A stretch of 64,000 nt of DNA from contig CAXXVK010000074.1 in NCBI GenBank assembly GCA_963676915.2, positions 1 through 64,000 of the forward strand, written 5' to 3'. The DNA is from Myxococcota bacterium (GTDB lineage Bacteria > Myxococcota_A > SURF-8 > G963663525). The translations under genes were made by a program, and so were the position numbers. This document shows, one piece after another, positions 27,057 to 36,472 of this stretch; position 1 is the first letter of the stretch, and each line of letters opens with the position of its first letter. A model generated the notes under the pieces. The model made no database searches. It was given only the letters and a program-made list of their open reading frames with translations, and was not told where the DNA came from.

Positions 27057-28313
27057 TCAGTCCTTGGCGTTACCCGGCCTACGGGTGAGTTTCAATGCGC
27101 GGCGATCCAGCACCTTTTCCACGTCTTCCAAAGAGACTCCGGCCCGTGCCATGGCAACGGAAGCAAAGTACAGCACGTCCGCAGCTTCCCAGGCGATGTC
27201 TTCGGGCGTTTTCGCCTCGGCCAGTTCTCCGGCTTCTTCGACGAGTTTTTTCCCCAACAGATTCGGGTCGTCGAACAGTCGTTTGGTATAGGAACCTTCA
27301 GGGGCGTCTTTCAGGCGCGAGGCCAGTGTTCGTTCCAGTTTACCCAAGCCTCCCGTTTCTCCCCAGCAACTCCAGGTGTCGAGGTGGCAAAAGCCTTCGC
27401 CTTTCTGGCGCACGACGAAGCGTAGGGCGTCCCGGTCGCAATCGAGGTCGATACGTAACAATTCCTGGGTGGCTCCGCTGGTCAGACCTTTTATCCATAG
27501 TCCGCGAGAGCGAGAATGGTAGACCCCCATTTTTCGCTTTACCGATTCTTTCAGGCTTTCGAGATCGGAGTATACCAACCCCAGTGCCACGCCACTCGTA
27601 TCGGTAACGACGGTAGGCCACAAGCCGTCGGGACGGTCGGAGACAAGCGGAGCGGCGATGGCCTCGGCGAAGTCCATTTTGTGGGTATACAACGCCATAC
27701 CGACTTGGGCATCCGCTCCCAGGCGGTCGATCGTTGCCACGTCCTCGGCTGTGGTGATGCCTCCGGCGACCGTCAGCCGAGCTTGTCCGGCAGCCGCCAC
27801 GAGCTTTTCGATCCGCTCCGGGTCGATTCCTCCCAAACGTCCTTCTTTTTCCACGAAAGTCACAAGGAATCCGCCTACGAGTCCTTTGAGGGCTTCCATG
27901 CGTTCGAAGATCGTATGACCGGTTTTCTTGCGCCAGCCTTCGACTACGACTTCATCGTTATAGGCGTCCAGAGCGGCAACGATGCGCTCGGCAGGAAGCT
28001 GTGAAAGAACTTCCGGTGTAGCGGCGGTTCCCATTACGATTTTCGGGGCTCCGGCGTCTAACCACTCGACGGCGTCACGAACGCTTCGGATGCCTCCGCC
28101 GATGCGACATTCCGCTATATCCATAAGGTTGCGCATCACCTCGCGGTTGTCGCCTTTTCCCAATGCGGCGTCCAGGTCTACGACGGCGATTTCCCCGGAA
28201 AGTCGAAACGTTTCGGCAATGGGAAAGGGGTTGCCGGCATCCAAGGCTTTATCCCGGCCTCCGATGAGTTGCACGGACTCGCCGTTCATCAGGTCTATGG
28301 AAGGAATGATCAT
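27057..28313 (-). CDS. hisIE: HisA-like / HisI / HisE fusion
   Basis: N-terminal IIPSIDL...VVDLDAA...GGGIR; HisI DCDRD...GFCH...SC; HisE SYT...KKLVEEAGE...WEAAD. Confidence 0.88.
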   Translation of the reverse strand: MIIPSIDLMNGESVQLIGGRDKALDAGNPFPIAETFRLSGEIAVVDLDAALGKGDNREVMRNLMDIAECRIGGGIRSVRDAVEWLDAGAPKIVMGTAATPEVLSQLPAERIVAALDAYNDEVVVEGWRKKTGHTIFERMEALKGLVGGFLVTFVEKEGRLGGIDPERIEKLVAAAGQARLTVAGGITTAEDVATIDRLGADAQVGMALYTHKMDFAEAIAAPLVSDRPDGLWPTVVTDTSGVALGLVYSDLESLKESVKRKMGVYHSRSRGLWIKGLTSGATQELLRIDLDCDRDALRFVVRQKGEGFCHLDTWSCWGETGGLGKLERTLASRLKDAPEGSYTKRLFDDPNLLGKKLVEEAGELAEAKTPEDIAWEAADVLYFASVAMARAGVSLEDVEKVLDRRALKLTRRPGNAKD

Positions 28314-29065
28314 AAACGAACCTCGATTTGTCGTTGGTTGAGAAACTCTTTGATTTCACGGACGGAAATATCACCGTCGTGGAAAATCGACGCGGCCAGC
28401 ACGGCGTCGGCTCCCGCTTCGATGCCCTCTAGCATGTGTTGCATGGAATCGACGCCGCCCGAGGCGATAACCGGAACCGTGACGTTTTGCGATACGGCTC
28501 GAACGAGATCCAGGTCGTAGCCGCTTCGTGTGCCGTCGCGGTCCCAACTGGTCAGCAGGATTTCTCCTGCACCGAGTTCTACGGCCTCCATTGCCCATTG
28601 CAGGACGTCTTTTCCGGTATCCGTTTGTCCCGAACGAACGACGTTCTGCCAGTGACCATCGCCCGTAGCTTTGGCATCGATGGCCAATACGGTGCATTGG
28701 CGACCGAAGCGCATTGCCATTTCGGAAAGCAGTTCCGGTCGTGTCAATGCGGCGGTATTGACCGAAACCTTGTCGGCACCTGCTTCGAGCAGCAGGGCGG
28801 CGTCGTCGGCCTCGCGAACGCCGCCGCCGACGGTCAACGGAATGGAAAGCGCTTCGCGAACTTTGCGCACGGTTTCGTATTGAGTTTTCCGGCCTTCGGT
28901 GGTGGCGGAGACATCGAGCAGAACGAGTTCGTCCGCACCTTGTTCCTCGTAGAGTCGGGCTTGCTCCTCGGGGCAACCTGCGTCTCGCAAGGCCTGGAAG
29001 CGGATACCTTTGACAACCCGGCCATCGCGAACGTCGAGACAGGGAATGATTCGGCGTGTCAGCAT
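28310..29065 (-). CDS. hisF: Imidazole glycerol phosphate synthase cyclase subunit
   Basis: RIIPCLDV, GADELVLLD, DRDGTRSGYD, AASIFH. Confidence 0.95.
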   Translation of the reverse strand: MLTRRIIPCLDVRDGRVVKGIRFQALRDAGCPEEQARLYEEQGADELVLLDVSATTEGRKTQYETVRKVREALSIPLTVGGGVREADDAALLLEAGADKVSVNTAALTRPELLSEMAMRFGRQCTVLAIDAKATGDGHWQNVVRSGQTDTGKDVLQWAMEAVELGAGEILLTSWDRDGTRSGYDLDLVRAVSQNVTVPVIASGGVDSMQHMLEGIEAGADAVLAASIFHDGDISVREIKEFLNQRQIEVRL

Positions 29066-29066
29066 G

Positions 29067-29684
29067 TTACACCTCACTTGAAAAGGCTCGATCCAGCCAG
29101 CGTTTCAGTAATTCCAATCCCCATGCGCCGGACAGTTCCGGGTGAAACTGGCAGGCCAGCACGGCGTTTTTTTCGAGCGCGGCGACGAACTCCCCGCCGT
29201 GATCGCACGTTGCGGCGTGCCAACCGTCGGGGGCCGCGTCGAATTTGTAGGAGTTGGCGAAATAGGCGTATCCAGGGCGAAGTAGGTTGCAGCCCTCGCC
29301 GGGAACGACCCGGTTCCAGCCAAGTTGAGGAATGCGAACGTTACCGGAAAAGCGGCTGACGTGGGCATCGAAAACGCCAAGTCCGCGTGCCTCGGGGCTT
29401 TCCTCGCTGGTTTTTCCAAGAATCTGAAGACCCAGGCAGATTGCCAACGTGGGTTTTCCCGATGCGATGCGCTCTTTTAGGGCATCGGCCAATCCATACT
29501 CGTGAATCGTTTCCATGGCGGCGGCCATTGCGCCTACACCGGGAAGAACGAGCGCTTGCGCCTGCTTTACATCCTCGATTTCTCGGCTGATACGCGGTTG
29601 TGCGCCTGCCCGACGTAATCCTGCCAGCACAGAGGCGAGGTTCGCCGTTCCGGTCGAAACGACCGCTACGTCCCGTTCGGTCAT
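29067..29684 (-). CDS. hisH: Imidazole glycerol phosphate synthase glutaminase subunit
   Basis: LPGVG, ICLGLQ, QFHPE. Confidence 0.93.
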   Translation of the reverse strand: MTERDVAVVSTGTANLASVLAGLRRAGAQPRISREIEDVKQAQALVLPGVGAMAAAMETIHEYGLADALKERIASGKPTLAICLGLQILGKTSEESPEARGLGVFDAHVSRFSGNVRIPQLGWNRVVPGEGCNLLRPGYAYFANSYKFDAAPDGWHAATCDHGGEFVAALEKNAVLACQFHPELSGAWGLELLKRWLDRAFSSEV

Positions 29685-30271
29685 CACAGAACTCCTTTCG
29701 TGCTGGGGATGTCGTCCGAATCGTTGCGTTGCACGGCTTGACGACAAGCCAGCGCCAGCGCCTTGAAGGCCGATTCCGCCCGGTGGTGGTCGTTTTCACC
29801 GTGGAGTACATCCACATGCAGGGTAAACCGACCGCTCATGGCCATGGATGTCAGCACGTGACCGATGTTTTCGCAGGCCAGTGTCCCGATGGCATCCCGG
29901 ACAAGTTTCAGCTCGATACGGGCATAGGAGCGTCCCGAAAAGTCGAGCACCGCTCTCGAAAGAGCTTCATCCAGCGGCGCATAGGCATGGCCGAAACGGC
30001 GAATGCCGCGTTTGTCTCCCAACGCTTGTTCGAGCGCTTCGCCCAAGACGATGCCGCAGTCCTCGGCGCTGTGATGGTCGTCCACGTCGAGATCACCATT
30101 GCAGTTCAAGGTCAGATCGAAACGTGCATGTTTGGCCCAGGAGGATAAAAGATGGTCCAAAAAACCGATCCCGGTTTTTACATCGGTTTCTCCCTTGCCG
30201 TCGAGGTTGAGACGGCATTGGATGTCGGTTTCGTTCGTCTTGCGTTCGATCGTTGCTTCTCGTTTTGTCAT
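29684..30271 (-). CDS. hisB: Imidazoleglycerol-phosphate dehydratase (monofunctional)
   Basis: RKTNET, DDHHSAED, NDHHRAES, PSTKG. Confidence 0.95.
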   Translation of the reverse strand: MTKREATIERKTNETDIQCRLNLDGKGETDVKTGIGFLDHLLSSWAKHARFDLTLNCNGDLDVDDHHSAEDCGIVLGEALEQALGDKRGIRRFGHAYAPLDEALSRAVLDFSGRSYARIELKLVRDAIGTLACENIGHVLTSMAMSGRFTLHVDVLHGENDHHRAESAFKALALACRQAVQRNDSDDIPSTKGVL

Positions 30272-31998
30272 GGCAACCACGCTTTCATGTCGCAAGGGTC
30301 GGTAATCACTCTCGCCGCACCGGCGGCGTACAAAGGTTCACAACGTTTTTCGAAATCGTCGCCGGGAGACACGACGCCGATAGGCAGCACTCCCGCCGCT
30401 CGTGCGGCAAGGATGTCGTCCGGCGTGTCGCCCATCATCCAGGCTCGCTGGATAGAAAGTTTTTTCATGGCTAGTGCGACCGGGGCCGGGTCGGGCTTAA
30501 GCGGCGCGTCTTCCCGAGCGATTACCTCTCGAAAAAGTCGCGCTATTTCGTGCTGATTCAGAAAAAAGTCCGCATCTTTGCGCGGTCGCCCGGTGACAAC
30601 GGCCAACGGCAGCCGGTCATGAAGTTTTTCAAGTTCGGAACGATCCGGGATCAGGCGTTCTCTTGCCTTCAAACCCTCGTTTTCATAGGTTCCCTGATAC
30701 AGGATTTCGAAAGCGTCGGTTACCTCGTCCAGAGGCTTTTCGACACCTGCCCCGGACATCAGCCGTTGGGTCAGGGACCAGTCGTCGTTGCTTCCCGGTT
30801 CGGCTTTGGCGGCGGATATGGTTGTTTCGTCCAGAATGACACCGAACGAATCGGCAGTCAGGCGGATCGCTTCACGGAACGATAGCGACACATCGGCCAG
30901 CACGCCATCCATGTCGAACAAGATCCCTTCGGGAGCAAGCACGGTTTCCAGGGCGTGAGTTAGGCGTTTGAACAGTTTCTCATTTCCCGGACAGGTTATC
31001 CGCAGGCCACCGCGAAAATGTTCTTCATCCGGTACCAGCCGGACGGCGATTCCCATTCCCGCTAGTGCATCACGGGTGAAAAGCGGATTTTTTACGCGAC
31101 AGAATACGAAATTCGCTTGAGAATCCAGCACTTCGGCCCCAAGATCATTCAAGGTACGGGACAGCCGCGTGCGCTCTTCGATGATTCGCGATACCGTGCG
31201 TTCAACCTGTGCTTTTCCTGTCTTTCGCCATTCGAGAGCCATTTCCAGGGAGAGATTCGAAACGGGGAAGGGCGTGCCGCAGGTCCGAAGCGTATCGATA
31301 ACGGGCTTCGAGCCAACGACGAAGCCTATGCGCAGACCGGCCATTCCCCATGCTTTCGAAAATGTATGCAAAGCGACGACGTTGGGATATTTCAGCGCCA
31401 AGGGAGTGAGGTTTCGTTCCGCGAACTCGCCATAGGCAAGATCCATCAAAATTACGCCGTGGGGACAGGCTTGCGACAGACGCTCGATGTCTTCTCCAAT
31501 TGCGACACTTCCCGTAGGATTGTTGGGGCTGATGACCGTTACGATTCCGGTATCGGGTTCGATTTTTTCCAATACGGCTTCAATTGGGTAGGTTCCCTCA
31601 GGCCAGGATACGTATTCCATTTTCGCACCGACCATGCGGGCCAGCGTCGGAAACATTTCGAAGGTCGGCGAGGCGATCAGCATTTTCCGGCCTTCCGGCA
31701 GATACGCCAGACAGCAGCGCTGAATTCCCTCATCCGCTCCGGCGGTGACCAGCACTTGCGAGGGGGCGGTTCCCAATTCTTCGGCGATCAATTCTTCCAG
31801 CGGAGTAGCTCGGCGATATCGGGAGAAATTTTCCAGATCCATGCCTGAGAATTTCTCCAGTAGTTCCGCTGGAGGGGGGAGCCCTTCGTTGGCGTCCAGT
31901 TTCAGATCCGTCGGTGCAAGCGCTTTGGGGGCTGAATAGGCACGCAAACCGTCGAGAAAAGGGGAAGGTTTCGGCAAAAAGTTTTTGTTTTCCGGCAT
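30268..31998 (-). CDS. hisC: Histidinol-phosphate aminotransferase fused to a C-terminal HAD phosphatase
   Basis: SPNNPTG, DLAYGEF, TFSKAWGMAGLRIG; then FDMDGVL, TGRP, KPDP, GDTPDD. Confidence 0.9.
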   Translation of the reverse strand: MPENKNFLPKPSPFLDGLRAYSAPKALAPTDLKLDANEGLPPPAELLEKFSGMDLENFSRYRRATPLEELIAEELGTAPSQVLVTAGADEGIQRCCLAYLPEGRKMLIASPTFEMFPTLARMVGAKMEYVSWPEGTYPIEAVLEKIEPDTGIVTVISPNNPTGSVAIGEDIERLSQACPHGVILMDLAYGEFAERNLTPLALKYPNVVALHTFSKAWGMAGLRIGFVVGSKPVIDTLRTCGTPFPVSNLSLEMALEWRKTGKAQVERTVSRIIEERTRLSRTLNDLGAEVLDSQANFVFCRVKNPLFTRDALAGMGIAVRLVPDEEHFRGGLRITCPGNEKLFKRLTHALETVLAPEGILFDMDGVLADVSLSFREAIRLTADSFGVILDETTISAAKAEPGSNDDWSLTQRLMSGAGVEKPLDEVTDAFEILYQGTYENEGLKARERLIPDRSELEKLHDRLPLAVVTGRPRKDADFFLNQHEIARLFREVIAREDAPLKPDPAPVALAMKKLSIQRAWMMGDTPDDILAARAAGVLPIGVVSPGDDFEKRCEPLYAAGAARVITDPCDMKAWLP

Positions 31999-32016
31999 GA
32001 TGAATACCTTCCAGTG

Positions 32017-32892
32017 TCAGGGAATCAACTGGTCCGGGGCCGTGACGACGAGATCGGTTCCCCCTTCCGACTTGATGGCAGGGATCAACCGAGGTAGATC
32101 TTTTCGTGGTACGGCGGCTTTGACGGCATACCCGGCTTCACCAAACAGTGGCGAGATCGTGGGTTCCCGCATACAGGGCAGCAGGTTGACGATACTTTCC
32201 AGCTTTTCGGTCGGAACGTTGAGTTCCAACATAACGCGCTGCCGGGCGTCAAGCACAGAGCGCAGCAACAGCACGACATGCTCGATAGCATCTCTAACCC
32301 CTGGAATTTCCATGGACTTCGGGTGGGCATACAGTCGTGTGGAGGATTGCGCCAACTCGGCAATGATACTCAGTCGGTTTCGTGCCAGCGTACTTCCGGT
32401 GGCGGTGTTGTCTACGATGCAATCGGCGTCCTCCGGGGGGAAGACTTCCGTTGCGCCGAACGATCGGACGAAGGCCGCATTCAGTCCTTGATCTTCGATC
32501 CAACGGCGAGTGATGCGTTCGTATTCGGAGGCAATGACGATTCGTCGTTCGGGGAGGCGACCATCGACGAGCAGTTGGTCCGGGGCGGCGGCAACGATGC
32601 GTACCGGGTCCAGGCCGGTGTCGAGCAACTCCACGAGATCAGCGCCTTTTTCGGCTACCCAGTCCGCACCAGCGAACCCGAAATCACGGGAGCCTACGTG
32701 CAGCATCTCCACGATGTTCTGAGGTTTCAGAATTTTCGTCTCGAAGCCGGAAAGCGATAGAGTAGGGCGGTAGTTTCGACTGTCTGCCCGGACACGAATC
32801 CCAGCATCGGACAGCAATGCAAAAACGGATTCTTTCATGTGCCCTTTGGGAAGCGCCAGACGAACCTTGCGTGTTTCGGAACTTTCTTGCAT
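32017..32892 (-). CDS. hisG: ATP phosphoribosyltransferase, long form
   Basis: ALPKG, GATE...ADCIVDNTATGSTL, C-terminal PTISPL regulatory domain. Confidence 0.95.
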   Translation of the reverse strand: MQESSETRKVRLALPKGHMKESVFALLSDAGIRVRADSRNYRPTLSLSGFETKILKPQNIVEMLHVGSRDFGFAGADWVAEKGADLVELLDTGLDPVRIVAAAPDQLLVDGRLPERRIVIASEYERITRRWIEDQGLNAAFVRSFGATEVFPPEDADCIVDNTATGSTLARNRLSIIAELAQSSTRLYAHPKSMEIPGVRDAIEHVVLLLRSVLDARQRVMLELNVPTEKLESIVNLLPCMREPTISPLFGEAGYAVKAAVPRKDLPRLIPAIKSEGGTDLVVTAPDQLIP

Positions 32893-32906
32893 CGTTTTTA
32901 CTCCAT

Positions 32907-32940
32907 AAACAAAAACGCCGGCTTGAAAGCCGGCGTTGGA
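32907..32940 (-). terminator. his attenuator terminator
   Basis: AACGCCGGCT-TTCA-AGCCGGCGTT followed by TTTGTTT, between the leader peptide and hisG. Confidence 0.85.
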
Positions 32941-32963
32941 ATTGGTCCTGTATATTCAGACAC

Positions 32964-33026
32964 TCATCCGGCTCTCCTAAGCGGCGATTCGTGATGGTGA
33001 TGAATGGCATGTCGGTTCGTTTTCAT
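32964..33026 (-). CDS. hisL: his operon leader peptide MKTNRHAIHHHHESPLRRAG
   Basis: 20-aa ORF with 5 His codons (4 in tandem) immediately upstream of a terminator and hisG. Confidence 0.85.
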   Translation of the reverse strand: MKTNRHAIHHHHESPLRRAG

Positions 33027-33102
33027 GGACAACAACGTATCCGTTTCGATGGTTTTTGTCAACTCAAAGGAATCGAACGGAATCGAAAAAGTACAAAGGT
33101 GA

Positions 33103-33777
33103 TCACTTTTTCTCTTCTTTGGGTGCTTCTGCAGCTTCGGCGACTTCCTCTTCGGGAGCGGGTTGTTGCGGAGCTTCGATTTCGGGTTTCTTCCACTGGT
33201 CCACTACGCCGTCACCGTCCAGATCGATGCCGATACGCTTGATCTGCTCGCCTCCGAGGTATTCTTCCCAGTAGTTTACTTTGCCGTCGCCGTTGGTATC
33301 GGCTTCCTTGCGGATCAACATTCCCTTGGAATAGAACTTGAAGACATCCGGCTTTTCGTCGAACTGGTTGTCGATTTCCTGGCGGATCATCGCGCCTTTG
33401 GAAAAGTAATCGACCATATCGATTTTTCCGTCATAATCCAGGTCGAACGATTCCTGGGTTACGTCGCCCTTGATGCCGTACATCGTCCAGACATCCACTT
33501 TACCATCGGCGTTCAGATCGAGTTCCCGCTTGACCAGTACCGGTTCTTTGGTGCTCGGATTCAAGGTGTTGGGATCGAAAAACTTGAACATATCCGGTTG
33601 CTTGTCGTGGTTCATGTCGAACTCGCGAATCGTAAGATTTCCCGGGTCCGAATGCTCGACGCGCACGGCTTCCTTGACTTTGATCGTGTCAGGCTTCTGA
33701 ACGACTTTCTTTTCGGCGCAGGCCATGAAGGCAAACAGAACGGCTATTCCGATTCCCATACGGAGCAGACCCTTCAT
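33103..33777 (-). CDS. Lipoprotein with DxDxDG (Ca-binding-like) repeats
   Basis: Lipobox FMAC; repeats DMNHDKQPD, DLNADGKVD, DLDYDGKID, DTNGDGKVN, DLDGDGVVD. Confidence 0.8.
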   Translation of the reverse strand: MKGLLRMGIGIAVLFAFMACAEKKVVQKPDTIKVKEAVRVEHSDPGNLTIREFDMNHDKQPDMFKFFDPNTLNPSTKEPVLVKRELDLNADGKVDVWTMYGIKGDVTQESFDLDYDGKIDMVDYFSKGAMIRQEIDNQFDEKPDVFKFYSKGMLIRKEADTNGDGKVNYWEEYLGGEQIKRIGIDLDGDGVVDQWKKPEIEAPQQPAPEEEVAEAAEAPKEEKK

Positions 33778-33962
33778 AAGTCTTTCCTTTCCAACGTGAT
33801 CCTCAAAAAGAAACGATACGCATGATTGTGGAAATCATACACCGAATCACTCCCGAATTGCAACGCTTATCGTTTTCTTTCTCTAATTATGGGCGCGATT
33901 TCTTGTAGAAAAAATCACAAGTCGGGTGGTTTTTGCCTAAATAATTCGTATGTTTCAACTGA

Positions 33963-35195
33963 CTAATCACGTTCTAAATAATAGATTTCATTGGGGAATT
34001 TGCAGAGACTTTCGCAGCCGTTCTCGGTCACAACAAAGGTACTCTCCGCGCCGACCGGACCGACTGTAGGTAAAAACGCCTTCGGTTCGATGGCGATGAC
34101 CATGTTTTTCTTCAACTCGATGTCCACTTTGTTCGCGATCACCGGAAGTTCGTCCAATTCTATGCCGACCCCGTGTCCGAAGAATTTCACCCGGTTTTCG
34201 CCGTATCCCAAGAATCCTTCCGGTTCACCACGTTCGGCGGCTTTGGCTGCAACATCATTGAAAATCTCCGAACAAATCGCTCCTGGTTTGGCCTGCTCTG
34301 CCACGGCCAGCATGGTGTGTACGCAGAAATCATGGGCTTGCACCACGAATTCCGGTGCTTTTTTCCCTGCATAAAACGTACGGGCGTTATCGGCGTTGTA
34401 GCCGTTCCAGTTGCTCACCATGTCGAGCATCAGGGTTTCGTCCTTCTCGAAACGCTTGATTCCCGCCCCCATCGCCGACGCCGGAGAGGGACCGATGCTG
34501 CCGATAGGACCGTTGAAGTTCGTCGGAGCACAGGCGGCTTTACCGCTGGACACCGTGATGATCGCCATTTCCTGTCCCGGCTTGCGAAGGCGAATGGTTC
34601 CACCATGGCCTTTGGTGCGCAGAAAACGTTCGACATCGGCAGAAATCTCCAGCTCCGAGCGACCGGGTTTGGCGATTTGCTCCAACAATGTGAATGTTTC
34701 TTCGGCATGTCCGGCGGCGGTGCGGATTTGCTCCAACTCCCAATTGCTTTTCACTGCTCGTTGCATTCGAATCGTGAAGGAAATGTCTTTGATCTGGGGA
34801 TTGCCGAGTTTGTGAACCAGGTACAGGTATTCTTTGGCGGGAACGACATCCAGCGAAAGTCCCAACTGGCCGTTTCCTTTCAGCAATTTTTCCACTTCAG
34901 CCAAGAGCGGTTTTCGTCCCGCAAAAGGCAACACGGCAAGAGGCGATTCCTTGGCGGCGCGTTCCCGGCTTTTTCGTACGAAATACAGCGGCTGTCCCAC
35001 CGCCGGGACCAACAGCACCGCGTCTTGAATCGAGCCGGTAAAATACAGAAGGTCGTTGGCGTGCTCGATCCACGCTACGGCGACATCCATGGCGTCCAGC
35101 GATTGTTGAAAAGCGGCCAGTCGTTGTTCGATTTCGTTTTTAGGAACGTACAAGCTTGCGTGATTGGTAAACATCGGCACTCCTTGAGTGAACAT
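33963..35195 (-). CDS. M24 family (Xaa-Pro) metallopeptidase
   Basis: GYNADNART, GHGVGIELDE, AIEPK, GAES. Confidence 0.85.
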   Translation of the reverse strand: MFTQGVPMFTNHASLYVPKNEIEQRLAAFQQSLDAMDVAVAWIEHANDLLYFTGSIQDAVLLVPAVGQPLYFVRKSRERAAKESPLAVLPFAGRKPLLAEVEKLLKGNGQLGLSLDVVPAKEYLYLVHKLGNPQIKDISFTIRMQRAVKSNWELEQIRTAAGHAEETFTLLEQIAKPGRSELEISADVERFLRTKGHGGTIRLRKPGQEMAIITVSSGKAACAPTNFNGPIGSIGPSPASAMGAGIKRFEKDETLMLDMVSNWNGYNADNARTFYAGKKAPEFVVQAHDFCVHTMLAVAEQAKPGAICSEIFNDVAAKAAERGEPEGFLGYGENRVKFFGHGVGIELDELPVIANKVDIELKKNMVIAIEPKAFLPTVGPVGAESTFVVTENGCESLCKFPNEIYYLERD

Positions 35196-35241
35196 TCATC
35201 GATGAAAATTGGCAGCCATTCTCATTTTTTTCGTAGAAACA

Positions 35242-36468
35242 TTATTTTCGCGAAACCAGGGCATTGGCTTCCCGGTGAATGGCTTCGATCACTTCGTTGG
35301 TATACTCGCGAATAAATCCTTTCAAATCACGTTCGACCTGCCGCCGCCGCGTGAGATCCAACTCAGGAAGGATATGTTCGACGAAATCCGGCACTTTGTC
35401 GTAAATGTAGCGTTCGTGCCGGGATTGCGCGTCTTCAAGCAACGGAGCCAAGGGACGTTCGGCACAGAAAGCGGAGAATTCCTCGATACCCTGCTCCACG
35501 ATGTTCAGGGCTTTTTGTTCGCTTTCATCATCCAGTTTCTGCGATTTGGCCGTAAAAAGGCGGTCCAAGCCGTCGTAATGGAGATCTTTCCAGGGGTCGT
35601 CTTTCGTTCCTTCCACCTGGGCCGGAATCCCCAGATCGAGGATATCCAGCCGCCCTTTTCCTTTCCAATGGGCGAATTCTTCCATGGAAAACAAAGGTTT
35701 CAGCGCTCCAGTGGCCAGGACCAGCGCGTCGGCTTCTTCCACGACTTCTTCGATTTTCGAAAGCGGCACGATGGCGTGGGTGTCCGCCCATACCGTTCGG
35801 TTGACTCGAATCAGGCGATAGGGCGTGTGACTTTCCAAAAGTGCCGCCGTTTTGCGTCCGATTTCTCCCATGCCGATTACGGCTATGGTTTTTCGTTCGT
35901 CCCGGAAACGGTCCACGAAGTAATCGAGCGTCAGGCCGTGCACGCCTCTGCGCAAACCGCCTTGAATTCCGGCCCGATAGGCCTCACGGGTGACCCGTCC
36001 GACGGTGCGCGCCAGCCCGTTGAGAATGGTGGAAATCGTACCGTTTTTGCGCGATTGTTCGATGCTGGCGTTGAGTTGCCCGGCAATCTGTGCTTCGCCG
36101 GTCACGAAAGATTCGAGTCCAACGGCGACACGCAAAATATGTTCGACCGCATCGGTCCCGGTGAAAGAGTAAGGTTTCGGTGTTTTATCGAAATGATTTT
36201 TCTGCCAGCGCCCGATCATCTGGGCTTCCAGCAGTTGCACCGCCCATTGAGGTTGTTCCGAACTGACGATCCACTCATTGCGGTTGCAGGTATCGAGGAA
36301 CGCGATGCCATCTGCCTGTTTGCTCTGAATCAGAGAATGGGCCATCCGTTGACGCTCTTCCGGGTCAAGCACCAGAGCCGAACGCCAGGCGCTGGAGGCA
36401 ACCCGAAAATCGCAACCGACCACGGCGATAGGGAGTGTCGTTTCCATTTGTGGCTGATCCATCGACAT
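35242..36468 (-). CDS. hemA: Glutamyl-tRNA reductase
   Basis: TCNRNE, GLESFVTGEAQIAGQ, GMGEIG. Confidence 0.88.
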   Translation of the reverse strand: MSMDQPQMETTLPIAVVGCDFRVASSAWRSALVLDPEERQRMAHSLIQSKQADGIAFLDTCNRNEWIVSSEQPQWAVQLLEAQMIGRWQKNHFDKTPKPYSFTGTDAVEHILRVAVGLESFVTGEAQIAGQLNASIEQSRKNGTISTILNGLARTVGRVTREAYRAGIQGGLRRGVHGLTLDYFVDRFRDERKTIAVIGMGEIGRKTAALLESHTPYRLIRVNRTVWADTHAIVPLSKIEEVVEEADALVLATGALKPLFSMEEFAHWKGKGRLDILDLGIPAQVEGTKDDPWKDLHYDGLDRLFTAKSQKLDDESEQKALNIVEQGIEEFSAFCAERPLAPLLEDAQSRHERYIYDKVPDFVEHILPELDLTRRRQVERDLKGFIREYTNEVIEAIHREANALVSRK

Positions 36469-36472
36469 CTTC

